Source: Eledone cirrhosa
Taxonomy: Eukaryota
DNA: 64,000 nt
Assembly (NCBI GenBank): GCA_964016885.1
Contig: OZ024740.1
Coordinates: 185,876,001 to 185,940,000, forward strand
Direction: 5' to 3'
The notes beneath the pieces are model-generated. The model was not told the DNA's origin. It was given only the letters and a program-made list of their open reading frames with translations, and ran no database searches. Below, in pieces: positions 14,537 to 29,119 of this stretch (position 1 is its first letter; every line of letters starts with the position of its first letter). The position numbers and the translations under genes are program-made.

Positions 14537-14860
14537 GAGGCTTCGGTGAAATTAATGCCCCTATACGTCATTCTGGTGAACCTACTTGCAATATACATTT
14601 CAAAGACACCGACTGGGAACAGGTTAAAAACTGTGGGGTTTGAGGCTATCATCCTCCACACAGGTTCTAACCTTGTACTGCTGGGCTACCTCTCACCCAT
14701 CTTAAGCGAGATTCACGACAAGAAACTGGAACCTGATTCGGGCCAAAAACTCACATCGCCTCTAGCCACAATATTCCAATATACAGGACATACACACACA
14801 ACTGGGATGATATCTAATGCGATCCAGCGTACCTGTTCAAATCTTTGTAATTTTTGGTAA
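14537..14860 (+). CDS. Candidate exon (108 codons to stop) of an unidentified gene
   Basis: Acceptor CCTCTTCCTCGCGCAG followed by a non-repetitive open frame EASVKLMPLYVILVNLL...CNFW*. No recognised domain. Confidence 0.22.
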   Translation, partial: EASVKLMPLYVILVNLLAIYISKTPTGNRLKTVGFEAIILHTGSNLVLLGYLSPILSEIHDKKLEPDSGQKLTSPLATIFQYTGHTHTTGMISNAIQRTCSNLCNFW

Positions 14861-15376
14861 TATGCCTACTATAGTTTTAACTTCTATGATTCTATGACTA
14901 TTGAATTTGAGGAAAGTTATATTGTACATTCCTTTCACTTATATATTGCCCCTCATGAACTGCTTCCACTGTATTTTGTAATATGATAAAACAAATGCAT
15001 ATACTGCAGATTTTTGCGTTAGAATAACAATATAGATCAGCAAGTGAGGAATCATGCGTTAGATAATAAACCATATTTAGAGTAGGCATATATCAGAAAA
15101 ATTACAGAAACGAACGTTTCCAGGGATCCATTCTGAAAGCAATATTAACATAACCAACATTTAACGATTAATATAAAACAGCTGCATATCTAGTGAGCAT
15201 GCAAGATCTAAAAAACCTACAAAGGTTTCCACTGATGCGAAACCTAGTGATATTAAAAACTAAAATATGTCAGTATGTCTATATAAATATATATAATCCC
15301 CCCCCCCTATATATATATATATAGGGGGGGGGGATTAAGCTCTTGTGTATATATATATATATATAACATTGTATAT

Positions 15377-15416
<40 letters not shown>

Positions 15417-15480
15417 TTGTATATCATTGTATATATATTTCATTGTATATCATTGTATATATATATATATATATATATAT

Positions 15481-15522
<42 letters not shown>

Positions 15523-16124
15523 CTTGACTGTGTGTGTGAATGTGCGAGTGTTTATATGTGTCTCTGGGGGAATGGAACGTGCGGTTGTACCTAGATGTTT
15601 TTGTTCTTTAAAATATGTTTCTGTATTTTTATTGATTAAATTAGTTTACCTTTTTTATTTCGTAGCTTATCTGCAGATGTTTACATTAAACTCTCTGAGC
15701 TTTAGCCAACCAAATAACGTAGATATAAGTAGACAATATTAAATGAATATTGTTGGAAGGAGAGAAAAAAGCAAATGCTTACCAGTAGGAATATAGATCT
15801 GCTAGTACTTGAAGTAAATTATGATTCTGAAAAACATTCCTATGTAAAAGCAAAGTGATAGAAAGTAGATATATCGGTATTTGTTGCACATAAAGACTAA
15901 TCATGTTCAATGATTTCAGCTGCACATATATACTTCACCAAAAATATCCACATGTTGTTTGTACCGTACAAGAAAAATGTAGTGAATTTTTGATGCAGAA
16001 CATAATTACATATATTCGGTGGATGTATCTATTGTGCGTTTCGCTAGCTGATGTTGACATTTCGTTAAGCCAGCTATGGACTCTGTCACCATCTATGTTA
16101 AAGCAATGGCAAATGACATAGGGC

Positions 16125-16161
<37 letters not shown>

Positions 16162-16217
16162 CATACACACACACATATATATACATACACACACACATAT
16201 ATATATATAGTTAGTAA

Positions 16218-16388
16218 GTGGACAACACAATATATAACTACTCCTTTACCAAAGGTTTCATGAGTCTAGACAATATTAACATATGTCTAGATTGTTCATC
16301 AGACAGAAAGATTATCTAGGCGTATGTTAATATTGTCTAGAATCCTGAAACATTTGGTAACGGAGTAGTTATATATTGTGTTGTCCAC
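16218..16388. mobile_element. Palindromic element with about 75-bp arms
   Basis: 16218-16292 versus 16314-16388 inverted, few mismatches, adjacent to (TA)n. Confidence 0.88.
16241..16310 (-). ncRNA. Hammerhead ribozyme motif
   Basis: UUUCUGU-CUGAUGA-..UCUAGACA..UGUCUAGA..-GAAA-CC(UUU)GG-UA-A(A/C)GGAG. Confidence 0.65.
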
Positions 16389-16459
16389 ATTCTTATTGAA
16401 TAGCTCTGTTCTATACATAGAACACTCTTTTTTCATTTGCTTTTTCTTGGGAAATACTA

Positions 16460-17810
<1,351 letters not shown>

Positions 17811-18514
17811 CCTAGCATGGCCACAGCCGGATATCTGGAACATGTAAAATAGTAAAAGAGTAAATATATATATATATTGTGTTTGTATGTGTGTGCGTGC
17901 GTGTGTGTGTATGTATCCACACCAATAACAAGCAACAATATATTTGTATAATGATTCAAGAAAAGGATAAATGTGCTTTAATATTTCGGCGACTCTTCCT
18001 TAAACGTAAAGATAAAGTGGATTTTTTTAAAGAGAGAAAAAGTCGATAGAAGGGAAGATAATAATGGGAAAGTATAAAATATAAGTGGTCAGCTGCGTTA
18101 GAAGAAAACCGGAGGGAAAGCTAAAGTGTGACATTTCACGAAAAGGAAGCTGAAGGGAGACAGGTAAGGTGAAAATATGAGTGGTGTGAAAAGATGTGTT
18201 AGCATGTAGCTATTTGTCAATCGTTTGAATGTATTCATTGTGCATCCAAGCTTGGTTCACGTTTGCAATCGTTAGTATGTGTGCATATGTCTATAACTAT
18301 GACATATGTGCTAGTGTATACGTGTGCATATTTACACGCACATGCGATCGTATGCATGTAAACACATACAACAGACAATATTCAAATTAATATACAAAAA
18401 CCCACACACAGATACACAAAAACAAATATGCACACACACATACACACATTCACACGAATGCATATACATGATCGAGAATTGTGGATATAAATTTTGTATT
18501 GTAAATCCTCTCCC

Positions 18515-18655
18515 TCAGGCTCTGCTCTGTGCCAGCATAGACTTACATCCCTTCGTTCAAATCTCGCCGATGTTAACTTTGCCTTTCATCTTTACGAGGT
18601 CGATAAAATAAAGTGCCAGTAATACACTTGTGCCAAAAGTAGAAACAATTATTAT
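18515..18655 (+). mobile_element. tRNA-SINE, same family as 12870
   Basis: GTTCAAATCTCGCCGATGTTAACTTTGCCTTTCATC..GTCGATAAAATAAAGTGCCAGT. Confidence 0.7.
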
Positions 18656-19935
18656 TGATATTCACATTAATGTTAATTTCCTAATTACACGCCAACTTTT
18701 ATATATGACAATGAGCCGAAAGTCATTTTTATACTCTTAAGAAAATGACTGCAATATATTGAGTAGTTTGTTAAATGGTAATTACCATAGACTGTGTGTT
18801 AGACTTCCGTTAAGCCAAAAATATAGCAACTCTCTATTCAAATTCTAAGCAAATCTACTTCATTAACACTACGAGACTCTTGTGACAGACATGAGTGCTA
18901 TATAATTTCGTTTTACTTTATAAAATGATGAACTCATTTTTAAATAATTAAGCATTCCTATCACACCAAAATAAAAATAAATATGAAAAGACACGCTGTT
19001 AGTCTAATACCTAATATATAAATTCTGCTTACATTTCATTGTTCAATAGTTCTTTCAAGTATTGGATATGTTTTGAAAAAAAATATGGTTTTAAAGATAA
19101 TCCATAAGTAAATCAATATTTTTACTATTTTCCTAACCTGTATGTAAATTTTATTTTTATGACAATACGTATTGTTTAAGCAATAAAATATTACCTTTCG
19201 AAAATATGATTTAACCTGACTAAAATTCCTATCAACTGGTATTTAAATTATCTACGAGTGAATTGGTGAATACATTGCATATTCTTTTTTGTTGGAAACT
19301 ATATTGTAATTTACCGAAAGGAAGACGTAATCGTAATTTTCGTTCCACATCCTGTTGCATGTAGCCGAGCTGAGAAGTTCTTTGATCTCAGGTAGAAATA
19401 ATCAATTCCAGGGCACGTCTTCTTTACCTTGATGTTTTAGTCAGACAATAATGCGAAAAAGGAAAGCAAAGCCTAACCCAATATCTCAGACCCTTCTACT
19501 TGCAATTATAAACTTCTATGACTGCTGAAGCTTTCCGGCGACGTGACCATGAGAATTATGTCGTGATATGAGGATAAAATAATTTCAATGTGTTAAAATG
19601 GGGGAAATGCTAAATAAAAGTGCATAAAATGAAAGGAAAGATAGCTACTTCTCAAACGTGAATGAAACATTCTGATAATTATATGAGAACGATGGTACTT
19701 CAGAATCATTAGATGGCAAATTTAATGAAATAGCATAGACAAAGTAAGCTTTGTTTAAAATGAAATCGTGCAAAATTCAATAGAAGTATATTACCAATGG
19801 TAAAATGAATATATTCGATTTTTGCATTTCGTTTTACTAAAAGTATGGACGATAGAAAATAGATTATATATTTGCCATTTGCTATTGAGATAGACTTCCA
19901 CCGTTTTCAATGATAAGCTTTCTCTTTATGTGTGT

Positions 19936-20005
<70 letters not shown>

Positions 20006-20048
20006 AATAACAGGAGGCTGGACTGGTGTAATCCCTTAAAAGGTTTAT

Positions 20049-20108
20049 TATACTATGATCATTTCAATGACCCGGTTCAGTAAGAATCCGGTGACATCAT
20101 CAGGTATT
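20049..20108 (-). ncRNA. Hammerhead ribozyme motif, family B (element 20000-20217)
   Basis: AUAC-CUGAUGA-UGUCACCGG..CCGGGUCAUU-GAAA-UGAUCA-UA-GUAU. Homologous to 43435-43492. Confidence 0.72.
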
Positions 20109-20241
20109 CGAAATATAAAAAAAACAATATAATAGACAAAATCCATGGGGCTGAAAATCAGAGACATGAGGGCGACCGACATTTAGCAGCTTTTAACCCG
20201 GTCGGTCGCCCTCCTGAAAATAAATAAATAAATATATATAT

Positions 20242-20740
20242 ATTTCTTTAATTCGTTTGGAAGCCTCGACAATGCAAATGGGTAAATCTCCGGGTAACAA
20301 GGTGGTGGAGAGAGAGAGATGTAAGTGGGTGTACGTTGAGATGCGTGGCGTGTATAAGACGTGTAGAGGAATGAGATAAAATAAAAATAACAACACGAGC
20401 GAGAGTTACCTTGGGAGAGATTTAATTGTCCCTATATATTTCGGATTCACATCCATCAACTGGGTTTTTTTTCCGGGGTGGGGGAAAGTTTGTCTGTCGG
20501 AAAGGTGCGAAACGCGTCCTCCGTGTTGTTATTTAAATTTTATCCTTTATGCTCTTTCCTTCATTCCTCTACACGTCTTATACACGCCACGCATCTCAAC
20601 GTACACACACTTACATCTCTCTCTCCACCCCCGGATCTTGTTACTCGGAGATTTACCCATTTGCATTGTCGAGGCTTCCAAACGACTTAAAGAAATTTAC
20701 CTTATTATTCCACAATGCTTCAAGCAAACTTCAATACTCT

Positions 20741-20745
<5 letters not shown>
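20242..20745. mobile_element. Palindromic element with about 155-175-bp arms; single-orientation relative at 26640-26960
   Basis: 20242-20397 inverted versus 20522-20696. Spacer has GAAACGCGTC (+) and a degenerate hammerhead GGAU-GUGA-AUCC-GAAA-UAUA-UA-GGG (-). Confidence 0.88.
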
Positions 20746-20804
<59 letters not shown>

Positions 20805-21501
20805 GTTTAATATTGAAATAGATTCGACAGGACGAGAACTGCTTCATTCAAAGGAAATCATCCGGACAACCAAATGGCATTGTTAGGCTGTTGGGGTAGG
20901 TGGGAATGTTTATATATATATTATAAAATAAAATGATAGGAGGGCGGGCAGGGTGAATTCCCTTAATTATTCATTTCTGCAAACACTATGCACATTTCAG
21001 TGGTTAGGTTGCGTAAGAACCAGGTGACATATTCACGTGTGAATTGCATAATAGTTGTATACCAAAGGAATGATGATAAACACATTCCAAGAGGCTTATG
21101 TTTAGTAATTCATTATCTGATATAGAATTCAATGCGATAGTATGTATAAAATAAAATACGACTGTTAGTTTAGTTATATGTTTCGCTTTTAATGGTTATA
21201 CTGTCTGTCGGTAGAGTTGGTAGAGACTAAAATAGAATTTTGTAAGTTATTTTACAATATAATATTGCAGATATATCAGGGATAGAGAGAGAGAGTTAGA
21301 GTGAGAGAGCGCGATTATAGATATATAGTTGTTTGCATATACAATCACATTGTATTATAGATTTTCATATGTTTAAAGGACTGTTCAAAGAAAATCATCA
21401 CCGTTTGATGTGGTTCAAATTTTATAAATACATATGTGTGTTTATCGCTGTCTGTTTGCCCATTTGCTTGTCAATGTGTGTGTGTATAACGTAAGAATGT
21501 T

Positions 21502-21532
<31 letters not shown>

Positions 21533-21614
21533 AATAGGTATAGTTAATATATGTGTATGTACCTATTCTCTATATTTGTGTGTTTGTATGTCTTATACTA
21601 CCTATGAAATATAC

Positions 21615-21650
<36 letters not shown>

Positions 21651-21714
21651 AAAAACTTTGGTTTATATAAATACACATATTTAAACACATAATCATGAAT
21701 ACACGTGTGTCTAC

Positions 21715-21790
<76 letters not shown>

Positions 21791-21934
21791 CCTTTTTTTA
21801 TTATTTTTACTATTTAAAGACGCCTGAAAAATAATCAATACCGAAAGTTCAATACAAATCAATATTTTTTTCACCGACCATACTGATACTTAATCGAATA
21901 CATTCAAGTGGAATAAGCTACAATTCATACGTAG

Positions 21935-22228
21935 TGAGAGAGAGAGACATAGAGAGAGAGAAAGAGAGAAAGTGAGCGAGAGAAAGAGAGAGTGTTACAA
22001 TGAGAGAGAAAGTGGGAGAGAAAGGGAGAGAGAAAGAAAGAGAGAGAGAGAAAGACAGAATGTCCGAGAGTGGGAGAGAAAGAGAGAGGGAGTGTGAGAG
22101 TGAGAGAGAAATAGAGAGAACGAATGACAGAGAGAGAGAGATAGTGAGAGAAAAAGAGAGAGAGGAAGATGGAGAGTGTGAGAGGGAGAGAGAAAGAGAG
22201 ACAGTGAGAGAGAGAAAGAGAGAAGACA
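21935..22228. repeat. Degenerate (GA)n purine tract
   Basis: Directly visible. Confidence 0.95.
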
Positions 22229-22475
22229 ATGCCTGAATTTGTTTGGTTGATTGTGATGCCGACATATCTTTAAATATAGCAGGCATAGATTTGTTTCACC
22301 AGCTTTACTATGTTGATGAAACTTGAAAGAAAATGCTAATTTCAATTACATTCAACATCGCATTCCTACATTTCAATATGAAGGAATTGAAGACAGAATA
22401 TCATTAAATCAAAATAAAGATTACAAATATATTTTAGCAACACTTTTCTACCGCCATATAACAAGAATTGTGCAG

Positions 22476-22524
22476 AAAATAGATATTTTAAAGTAGTAAT
22501 ATAGAGAGAAGTGTAATGACACAT

Positions 22525-22592
<68 letters not shown>

Positions 22593-22641
22593 ATGTTTCA
22601 TTACACTTCTCTCGATATTACTACTTTAAAATATCTATTTT
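22476..22641. repeat. Inverted repeat (about 52-bp arms) centred on a (TA)n tract
   Basis: AAAATAGATATTTTAAAGTAGTAAT..GTGTAATGACACATTGA-(TA)n-TCAATGTTTCATTACAC..ATTACTACTTTAAAATATCTATTTT. Confidence 0.9.
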
Positions 22642-23305
22642 AAAGTAGTAATATTTATATATATACAATGTAGGGCAAAATGTTTCATCACCTCTGATCT
22701 TTTTAGAATGTTATAATATTGAATAAATTGTTTATCAAAACAAAAACATAAATTAGTTTTGGCAGCACTGTTGACAGTATTGTGAAAGCTATAGTAGTCC
22801 AGTGTTGTTGACAAATGTTAAATGAATATGCATGCAAGGGAAGTATTCGTAGGGGCGCCGTATTGACATACGGCGTTTCTAGGACATTTTAAATTCTAAC
22901 GGAACCCAACACTATCCAGCTTTGAATACAGTCTATTTCTTCCAGAGAAGGTTAGATAGTGAGAGAATAGATGTGAGAAAGAGATATAAAAGTACCTACT
23001 GTTACTTTTTTCTCGATATCAAATGGATGAAAAGGCAAAGTTAACCACTGCAGCATTTGAATGCAGAGAACAGAGGGAGAATCGAATCTCACAAAGATTT
23101 CTATCCGACGTTCTAACAATTTTGCAAATTAAGCTTTTTTAAATGAATATAATTGACACTAAGTATTTGCAGGATAATAAAAACAAATGTTTTATGAGCA
23201 ATAAAATGTAATTTCTTTCTTTTCATATAACGTTAATTCGAATATAATCATCTACACACAATGGTGTGGTATGATGTATGTGGTGAGCTGACAGAAAACT
23301 TAGAT

Positions 23306-23599
23306 CAGTTCTCTCCAACCTTTTTTATACCAGAGACCGGCTTCATGCCGGACAATCATTCCGCGTACCGGTGATTGCACATATGCATTTCGATAAAGAA
23401 AGCAATAATAAAAAGAGCAATTAATCAAAGGGAAGTAAACATGTATAATCTTTTTGACTCACATAAATCTTTTTAAATTAAAGTCCAATATTCAATTCAT
23501 CTATTATATAATTTAAAAAGTTAATTGTTTCTTTGCGTCCCGGTAGCAAATGATCCACAAATCGGTACCGGTCCGCGGCCCGGTGGTTGGGGACCTCTG
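23306..23599. mobile_element. hAT (Charlie-like) MITE
   Basis: Imperfect TIR CAGTTCTCTCCAACC / GGTTGGGGACCTCTG. 8-bp flanks ACTTAGAT / CTTTAGAT (6 of 8 identical). Confidence 0.75.
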
Positions 23600-24335
23600 C
23601 TTTAGATAGTGGGACAAAATGCCTTCTGGTATTTACTCTCACTAATCTAAATCCAAATGCAATCGTGGCCAACTTTCATCGTTTTATATTTAATTATTGG
23701 TATAAACATGTTTTTTTGCGCAATGTACCTACCTCTGCCTTTTTTATTGTCGACATAGAAGCTAATAAAGAAAATATGTTTACTTGTTGTTACGTGAGCC
23801 TATGTAGCTTGAAACGCAAAATGATATTTCTACACACACATTCGCGTGCAGACACACACACAGACACACACGCACATGCACGCACATAATTACAATTCCT
23901 GAGCATTTGATTTTGGGGTTTTATTGTCACTAGACAAGGACACTAAAAATAATTATTTACACTTAATTGCTTAACACATCAAAATATTTAGAAAAAACAC
24001 TAAAAATATTTTTAAATGACATGAATTCCTTTTTAGGTTATCACTAGCCACGTACACTAAACCATGACACTCCCAATTCTTAGTGGAAAAACCACTACAA
24101 AATGCCATACCTGTTTACTTGATCTACAACCAATCAAATTATACTTTTTTAAAGAACAAACTGCTAACATTTCATATGCGAGACAGGTCACAGTACAGCC
24201 ACGCATCTCAGTTAAACTTTGAAAATCGTCAAATTGTGAAAGCGAAAAACTTTATTGTAAATGAACCTTCTAAAATACTCCAATCGTATATTCAACACTT
24301 TCTCGTTATTTTTACACATGTGCGCTAAAAATACC

Positions 24336-24372
<37 letters not shown>

Positions 24373-24645
24373 TGTGTGTGTCTATGTGTGTGTATACACA
24401 CACACAAGCTTATATATATATATATATATATATTTCACCCAACTTGTAGAAATATTATAATGAAAGGAGTCGTCTGGGAAGTGATATATTTGATATATCT
24501 CATATGAAATGATACAGCCAATTCTCTACACAATACAATATAGTTAGCACCCCGAACGTTTAATTAGGAATATACTCAGGTATTTCCTAATGTTTGTTGA
24601 GTGAGTTGGAATTTGGCCGGAGTATCGCTATTAGCTTTCTCCGTT

Positions 24646-24714
<69 letters not shown>

Positions 24715-24725
24715 ATATATATATT

Positions 24726-24759
<34 letters not shown>

Positions 24760-24837
24760 AGACGTAAAATAAGAAAATAAAAAAAAAATAAAAATTTTTT
24801 TTTTTTTTTTAAATTAACTTACTTACATAAATTTTCA

Positions 24838-24917
24838 CTCCAACTAATTAGTTTCTGCAATGGGATAAAGACAGTTACGTAATGAACTGTTGAGAATTTC
24901 ATTGCGTCACCAGGGAG
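24838..24917 (-). ncRNA. Hammerhead ribozyme motif with one core mutation
   Basis: CUCC-CUGGUGA-CGCAAUG..CAUUGCA-GAAA-CUAAUUAG-UU-GGAG. Confidence 0.65.
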
Positions 24918-25114
24918 GTCATTCTCAGCCGAGTCTCCAGGCAATGCGCGGACACTGGGGGCTCATATAAAAATAATAATAATTCGGTAAATGGAACAGC
25001 TATCGAGGACTGGATTCCAGCTACTGCATTGAACCACCTAGGTACTATGACATAACCTGTGTATTTGCTGGCATTAGCGTACATCTGTGCGCTTATGTTA
25101 GTAGATATATTAAA

Positions 25115-25192
<78 letters not shown>

Positions 25193-25300
25193 TAAAATAA
25201 CAGATTAAATGTTAAGCAAAGAATCGCTGCTTTCACCCTTAACGGGATCTTCTGCCGGTCAAGCAAAAATTGAAAATTAGAATTGGTGCTCTGAAATAGC

Positions 25301-25620
25301 TATATATATATGAATGTATATATAGTGTATTTTGCAATACACTGTATGCTTAATTAAAAGCATTTCGAAGACCTTATGCTATTGTTTTAGAGTAGTGACA
25401 GACTCACTTACCTTAATTTTCAGCAAACAGGGAGTAGTTGCCTTTGATAAGCATCAATAAATGCGAAACAAGGCCTTGTCAGCTTTATCTCCCCCTATTT
25501 GCTGAAAATTAAAGTAAGTGAGTCTGTCACTACTCTAAAACAATAGCATAAGGTCTTCGAAAAACTTTTAATTAATCATACAGTGTATTGCAAAATACAC
25601 TATATATACATTCATATATT

Positions 25621-25624
<4 letters not shown>
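25301..25624. mobile_element. Palindromic element (about 130-bp arms) with a degenerate hammerhead in the spacer; family also at window start (1-60)
   Basis: 25301-25432 inverted versus 25493-25624. Spacer UUGAUAA-GCAU(CAAUAA)AUGC-GAAA-CAAGGCCUUG-UC. Confidence 0.9.
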
Positions 25625-25687
<63 letters not shown>

Positions 25688-25716
25688 ATATAAAGACAGA
25701 GAGAGGGTGAGAGAAA

Positions 25717-25751
<35 letters not shown>

Positions 25752-26639
25752 AGATAGAAATTTAGTTAAAATTTAGACCCAAATTAAACTTATTTTCGTA
25801 AAATTGATATTACAGAAATTGTTCTAACTCTTAAAATAATGAGCAACACTTTAATGCCCGAGGACTTATAAAATATATTAGAAATATTTAAATATATTAA
25901 TTACTGAAACACCACCACCATGAAACTTATTTTATAGAAATAATGCTCGAAGCGATATTAGGTTTTAAATAGAAAACCATATATATACAATATATCATTT
26001 TAATCCAGCTCAAATTTAGCTTCTTAGATTACTTTAATTATGGTGTTTTATTTCTATTTTACGTCAAATTATTTTAACGGATGCTGCGTTGGTTCAGATT
26101 TGCACGTTGATTTTTGTAATTACATCTTTCTTCAGGCACTATTGTGTTTTTCACTTATACTAGCAATATGTCCTGCCATTTGAGATTTCACCTCTTTGGT
26201 TCGCAGCTTCAATATATATATATAATTCTGAATTTTACAGATAGTTTCACTAGTTCTCGCATTCTACCATCTGGAATTTCAAAATACAAAGAAATAATTA
26301 TAAGTTTTAATGACTAGATTCCTTTCGTTATTTCGTTTCTAAGTGCTTATTGTATTAATCTTCAGTAGTTCCTGATTACCTTTGATCTTCCTTAGAGACA
26401 AGTAGTCAGATGTTTATTAGCATGGAATATATGTCAACATGAAGGTCGTAAACTTTATGACCCTGTCTATTAATTCCGTAATACTAGTATCCGCATTCTC
26501 CTTATCGAACAAAGAATATTAAACACAAGAAAGAAAACTCATATTTAAAAACGCAATTCCAATACTTCCATGTTGAACAACAGAAAGGAAGGAGAGTTGA
26601 AGTCTCGAAATTTAATTCAACAGTCCATAAATGAACAGA

Positions 26640-26960
26640 CACGATAAATAACAGAGGCCACGTTTTGATCTACTTCGATTAAAAACTTTCCCCCTCGGAA
26701 AACGCCCGTTGATGGATGCGAAGTCCCAAATATAGGGACAATTAAATCACTTCCATGTAAACTCTATCTCGTGTTATTATTTTTACACTCTTTCCTACGT
26801 TCCTCTACACCCTATATGTCTCATTCTACATTTCCTCTTACATCTTTGTCATCACCTGATTCTGTTACCCGGAGATTTACCCATCTGCATTGTTGAGGGT
26901 TCCAAAACGACCAATTTTATTATTCCACAATGCTTCAAGCAAGCTTCAACACTCTGTTAT
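26640..26960 (+). repeat. Diverged copy of the 20242-20745 family
   Basis: Shared GGAGATTTACCCAT.TGCATTGT and TTATTATTCCACAATGCTTCAAGCAA. Confidence 0.85.
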
Positions 26961-28230
26961 ATATATATACTCCAGCTGTCACACTTATTTGTGTTGATTA
27001 AGTCTGAACATTTACTATGCTTTTCCTATTTTGTCATTATAACATCTTTCGCTCTTCTCCACGTGATATATGATTGCTTTATATCATACCATAGTAGCAC
27101 CCCTACAAGGTTCACATCTTCAGAGGGTTATGTAATCGATAGTCGAAGAAGTCTAATTCATTGTTCGCGGGTGCATGTATAATTTTAAAACTCAAACTAA
27201 CCTATCATCAGAATATTCCAAGAAAACTAGATCTCCAATCGTTTTCCAATTGATAATACTATCTGTTAGCTGCATCATGCAAGCCATAATTTCTTGCATT
27301 ATGGAGGGCCATACGTAGCTTAAAATATTAAGAAATGCAATTAAATATGAAACTATAATGGTATTCTTATCCATACGGAAAATGATATAGTGTAGATTCA
27401 TATATTTGTAAATTAAATGTTCGAAATCCTGGCTGTTTTCAAGCACGCCGTTGTTAACTTTTTTTAATTTGTGAGCTCGTTATGTCTTACCATGTATGTT
27501 TACCTCCTTTCTGCTGATATATTGATGTAAAGGCGGTTTTATATAAGCAGGAAAATCAATGTTCAACGTTACATATAATACATAATTACCCTAGCAAAAT
27601 GCGATATATTCACGTGAGCATAGACAATCGAACTTAAATATTTTAATGCCTGGTATTTACTAATTACAGAAGAATAAATTGGAGTTGATGCTTTATTTTG
27701 AGGAATGAAACACTATCTAGAGGGGGGAAACTGAATAGTTCATGATGTACTGTGCGTTGCACAACTGCTACTTCTATTCAAAAGCATCTGGTGACGTGAT
27801 AAAAGAAACATCTGCTAAACATATATATATATCTAATCTTGTGATACATTTATTAAACTTGGGATAGAATTAGCATCATCTTGTAGCATGGTTTTGTAGC
27901 TTCAAAATACACATTGTATCTTTATCAATATTGCTCTCTATTTTCCTTAGAACTATGTGAATAGCTGGAAAGTTTCTAGATCGAGACTTATCCTTTCACA
28001 GTTCAACGATCCAAAGAAATAGGTATCTATTTTCCAATTAAATGAACAAAGTTAAATGGAGTAATATTTCGTAGCTTCTGGACATGCCACAGTATCTGTA
28101 AGAAAATCATATAAATTCTCTCGCGTCCTTAAACAGAGACTGCACAATTTTCATTAGAAATGTTTCAAACAAATGTGTCTAAACACATCTTAAATGATGC
28201 ATTAGTTCAGCTAGTATCTGCTGATATGTA

Positions 28231-29119
28231 CGAGGTGTGTCAGAAGAGTTCCAGGACTGATGCCACAAAAGGTTTATTTCAAACCCAAACTTCACACTAA
28301 GAGTTTTCTCCTTCAAAGTAATCCCCCTAGAGTATGTAATTGTAATCTTAATTCCCTGCAGAGATCAAACCTTTTTCTTCATAATTTTATATACATCCTC
28401 CGTTTCAGGTCGTCAAGCAATGAGCACAGAGCAATGAACAAACTTGGAAACTCCGTCAGAAGTACTGGGATTGCTGCAGCACGTATATGGAGATGAGACG
28501 ATGTCACGCTCACGTATTTTTGAGTGGTACAAGCGGTTTAAAGAAGGACGCGAGCACGTGGAAGATGACCCCAAGAGAGAAAGGCCCTCAACAATCAGGA
28601 ATGAGGTCAACGTTGAGCGCGTCAGGCAGAAGGTGCGTAGCGATCGTCGTCTGACTGTTCGACTGATGGCAAATGAGCTGGGCATGAATCGGGACAGCGT
28701 CTAGAAGAATTTCACTGAAGATTTGGACATGCGAAAGTCTGCGCGAAGATGGTGCCAAAACTGCTGAACGATGACCAGAAGGGTCGACGCATGCAAGTGT
28801 GCCATGACATCCTGGAGCGTCTTGAAACCGAACCAGACTTGCTAGGGACATTCATCACCTGTGATGAGTCATGGAACTACGAGTACGACCGGGAGAAGAA
28901 CGTTTTGAAGACGTGGTCGACATCAAAAAGGCCGTGACGACGGAACTGCGGAGGATCCCGGAAGAATCCTTCCAGGAGTGCATGCAAGCGTGGCAGAAAA
29001 GGATGGAATGCATTAGACTCCAGGGGGATTACTTTGAAGGAGAAAACTCATAGTGTGAAGTCTGGGTTTGAAATAAATCTTTTGTGACATCAGTCCTGGA
29101 ACGTTCCTTACCCACCTCG
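28231..29119 (+). mobile_element. Internally deleted mariner (irritans/Hsmar2-like CGAGG ends) with TA TSD and about 105-bp TIRs
   Basis: TA-CGAGG...CCTCG-TA. Peptides VYGDETMSRSRIFEWYKRFKEGRE, MVPKLL, ITCDESW, GDYFEG. Most of the catalytic domain is missing. Confidence 0.93.

Noticed and set aside
25220-25260. Minus-strand CAGAAGA-UCCC..GGGU-GAAA
   Set aside because: The core is mutated and there is no valid cleavage site or stem I.
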